A DNA stretch of 64,000 nt, from assembly GCA_029953675.1 (NCBI GenBank), contig JAMWBK010000003.1, forward strand, positions 1,860,001-1,924,000. The letters run 5' to 3'. A model generated the notes under the pieces. That model was not told the DNA's origin, searched no databases, and was given only the letters and a program-made list of their open reading frames with translations. Positions 61,352-64,000 of the stretch are shown one piece after another; the first letter of the stretch is position 1; each line of letters begins with the position of its first letter. The position numbers and the translations under genes are program-made. The DNA comes from Rhodosorus marinus CCMP1338 (Eukaryota; Plantae; Rhodophyta).

Positions 61352-64000
61352 CAGGTTTGACGATGTCCCTCGAACTGAGAAGGGTCTTCGGGAAGGATCC
61401 GGAGTATTAATTAGATCAAACTTCCCAAAAAGCTGGGAAAGATCCGGTGTAATTCTAGTATATTCATGTTGTACTATATATAGCCCCGCCCTCATGTGAG
61501 GGAGGTGCGATGTGTTTCTGCTTGTGGTCGTTGAGGGAGTGTGTGTGTGTCCTGATCATCGTTAGTAATCTCACCACGCGGAGACAAACAAGGTATTAAG
61601 GAGACTTTGTTTTGTCCCTCGAACTGAGAAGTGGTAAACGACGGATCCAGATTTCTTGCTTTGTAATTTGAGAATAAAGCTAGAAGAGAAAGGGGTTGCG
61701 CTCACCAATCAAAGTCGTTCCATCATCATCTTCTCTGACTGAAGAGCCTCTTACAGCAAGGCGTCCGTCCAGTCCCAGGAAAACAGGTCAGAACCTTCCT
61801 CGTCCGCTTTCAACCTCTGCAATCACAGGAACCCACATGCTCGATCACAAGGAGTCGTAGCCTGGCTAGCCCGCTAGCTCTCCTCCGTAAAACCTTGAGT
61901 GAGATATGGATGGTTGAAAACGACGGCTTTTTTCTATCAAAGGCTTCTCAAACTCCCTTATTGCAAGACATCAAGTCCTCCTCCACTGTCACAACATTCC
62001 CACACACACCCCCCCCACCTGCGGAGTCGCAGCTTTCTCAAATCTCCCCGACGGTAACTAGTTCACCTTTTTTCATTATTTGTAACCAATTATTTGACCA
62101 TACCAGTAACAAAACTATTCACAACACAGAAATAACATTATTAATAATTTATATCGATAAATACCATATTATCGTTTCCACGGTAAAGATCCATCCATCG
62201 TACCAAAAAGGTGTTTATTGTGTACAGTAATTATTTATATTTATGAAAATACTAATCTGGTATTTTATGTTATATTCATATCTTTAGTCGTAGAAACTAT
62301 GTGTTATGGCGATATGAAGTGGATTTTCAGTTGGGCATGGATTCGTTTTCCCCCGGCGAGGGGGCATTTGGTGCTGATCGCAGCGGTAGGACCTGGATGG
62401 AGATATGAACTGCAACATGAATTCTAGGTCAGTCAAGGACGTAGCGATTCGCGAGTAATGAGCTAGGGGGAGGAGCGCAGTTCTTGTCTTCTCGGGAGAA
62501 GACGTGCCATGAAACCCGAAGCGGTCCTTTTTCTGTCAATCTTTTCGTCTTCTTTTCGTTCTTGAAGACTCGCGAACGGAAGCAATGCCCAGAAAGCACA
62601 AGTGATTTGTTCAGAGAGTGATTCGTTTTCTTCTCGTGAAGGATGATGCTGGAAGATGAGAACGGGCTGGATCCGCTCGAAATAGTAGAACGAGGATGGC
62701 AGAACCCTCGCTTCTCGGGACTAGTGCACAGTTCAGCGAATGCTTGAATTGTAGTAAGAATTGTCTTTTAGGAGTTCCCAATGTCGATTTAGGGGAATAT
62801 GCTAACATTTTATGAATTCGCTTTCGGTAAGAGTGATGATCGAACCCTACCCTCAAAAGCTCCGACTTTGCAGGGAGCATGTACCGAATGGGACCACGAT
62901 TTGGGTACCGAGCGATGAACGATTAGCATATGTGTCAAATTCCGTGCTTGGGCGCAAACAAGGAAGCGTAATCCGGCTCGAACGTCCTCATGGTGCTTTA
63001 GACCTGTCCTTGTTGGTATTTGGAAATAAGATTTTTCCAAGCACAGGGAGCTTCGACACTGCTGGTAGAAGATGAGCAAGGAACCACGTATGACCAAGAA
63101 GTAGATCCGTAGATATGACCCCACAACTCCTGGTCTATATGGTTCAGGCATTCACCTAAAATCAAAAACCTTCATTGACAAGGATTCCAGGTCGGACTCA
63201 AGGAGTTGCGACACAATGGTATGTTCTCAGTAGTAATGTGAATACACGGGGACAAGCTGACCTCTGCATGATGCCCTAGGGCGCAAATCATGACCTCAAA
63301 CCTGTTGTACCCAACTGAATGCAGTACGGCATCCACGAGATTTGGAGCACTACTTTTTGTTTGAAGAACCCATCATAGTCATCACTGGAATTCCCTTGAA
63401 ATTTTCCATGCTGTAGAAATCGTGTTGCAACGAATAACACACTTTCACCAAAATGCCGAAAAATACCACTAAAACTTGAGAGCTTCCGTGTTGATATTGA
63501 AAAAACTTTGCTGCGCTTGTGCTGCGGTATGGAGAGAGAAACAGAATTCGAAAACGAAGATTGCAGGCAGAAATCCTCACCTCCAACTATTTGGACGCAA
63601 TTCATTCGTCCGTCACTGGGAAAACATTTTCAGTACACTACCTAACTGTTCATGAAAACACAAGCTTTACTTAGTACCCGAGCTCGTATATACCTACCAC
63701 GTGGCTCACCACTCCAGAAGACGCGCACAGGCCGAGAGTTGAAGCCCTTACACTATTCACAAGGTTCATCCATTGGTTGTTGTTTCTACGAAGTTCCTCA
63801 GACCTCAGAGCTCTTGACCCTTGACGGGATAGAATCAAGTCCGGAATTGATTTTGTATATGTCTTCGACCTGTTTTCTAAACACGAGCAAGGGCTCAGAA
63901 CTCTGTTGTCCCAGAAACCGATCTTCACACACTTCATACACATCCTACTCTATACTGGATCATATTACACCCATTTCATCAAACAAGGAACCCACCCACC

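Overview
Eukaryotic nuclear DNA, most likely from a red alga. This is an inference from short (~75-130 nt) GT-AG introns with CTAAC/CTGAC branch points, 'MA..FV'-type plastid transit peptides and a PGRL1 gene. Genes supported by the sequence: two tandem genes encoding an ~8-TM domain fused to a class-3 lipase; three tandem full-size PDR-type ABCG transporters plus a pseudogene fragment of a fourth; a plastid-type alpha/beta hydrolase; PGRL1; CWC22; ZFPL1; an N-terminally membrane-anchored serpin; an orphan coiled-coil gene; and an intronless secreted right-handed beta-helix protein. The spacers around the ABC genes (13.2-14.4 kb, 20-25.3 kb, 31-42 kb) are not random. They hold many degenerate copies, on both strands, of an unrecognised ~70-85 aa protein repeat (consensus about HRLVxL...MDSxGxxWLRExFxExP......L......LWRxS). 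They also hold a fold-back Ty1/copia RT fragment and other transposon-like debris. No rRNA, tRNA or CRISPR array could be supported. All alignments were done by eye and no database search was run.
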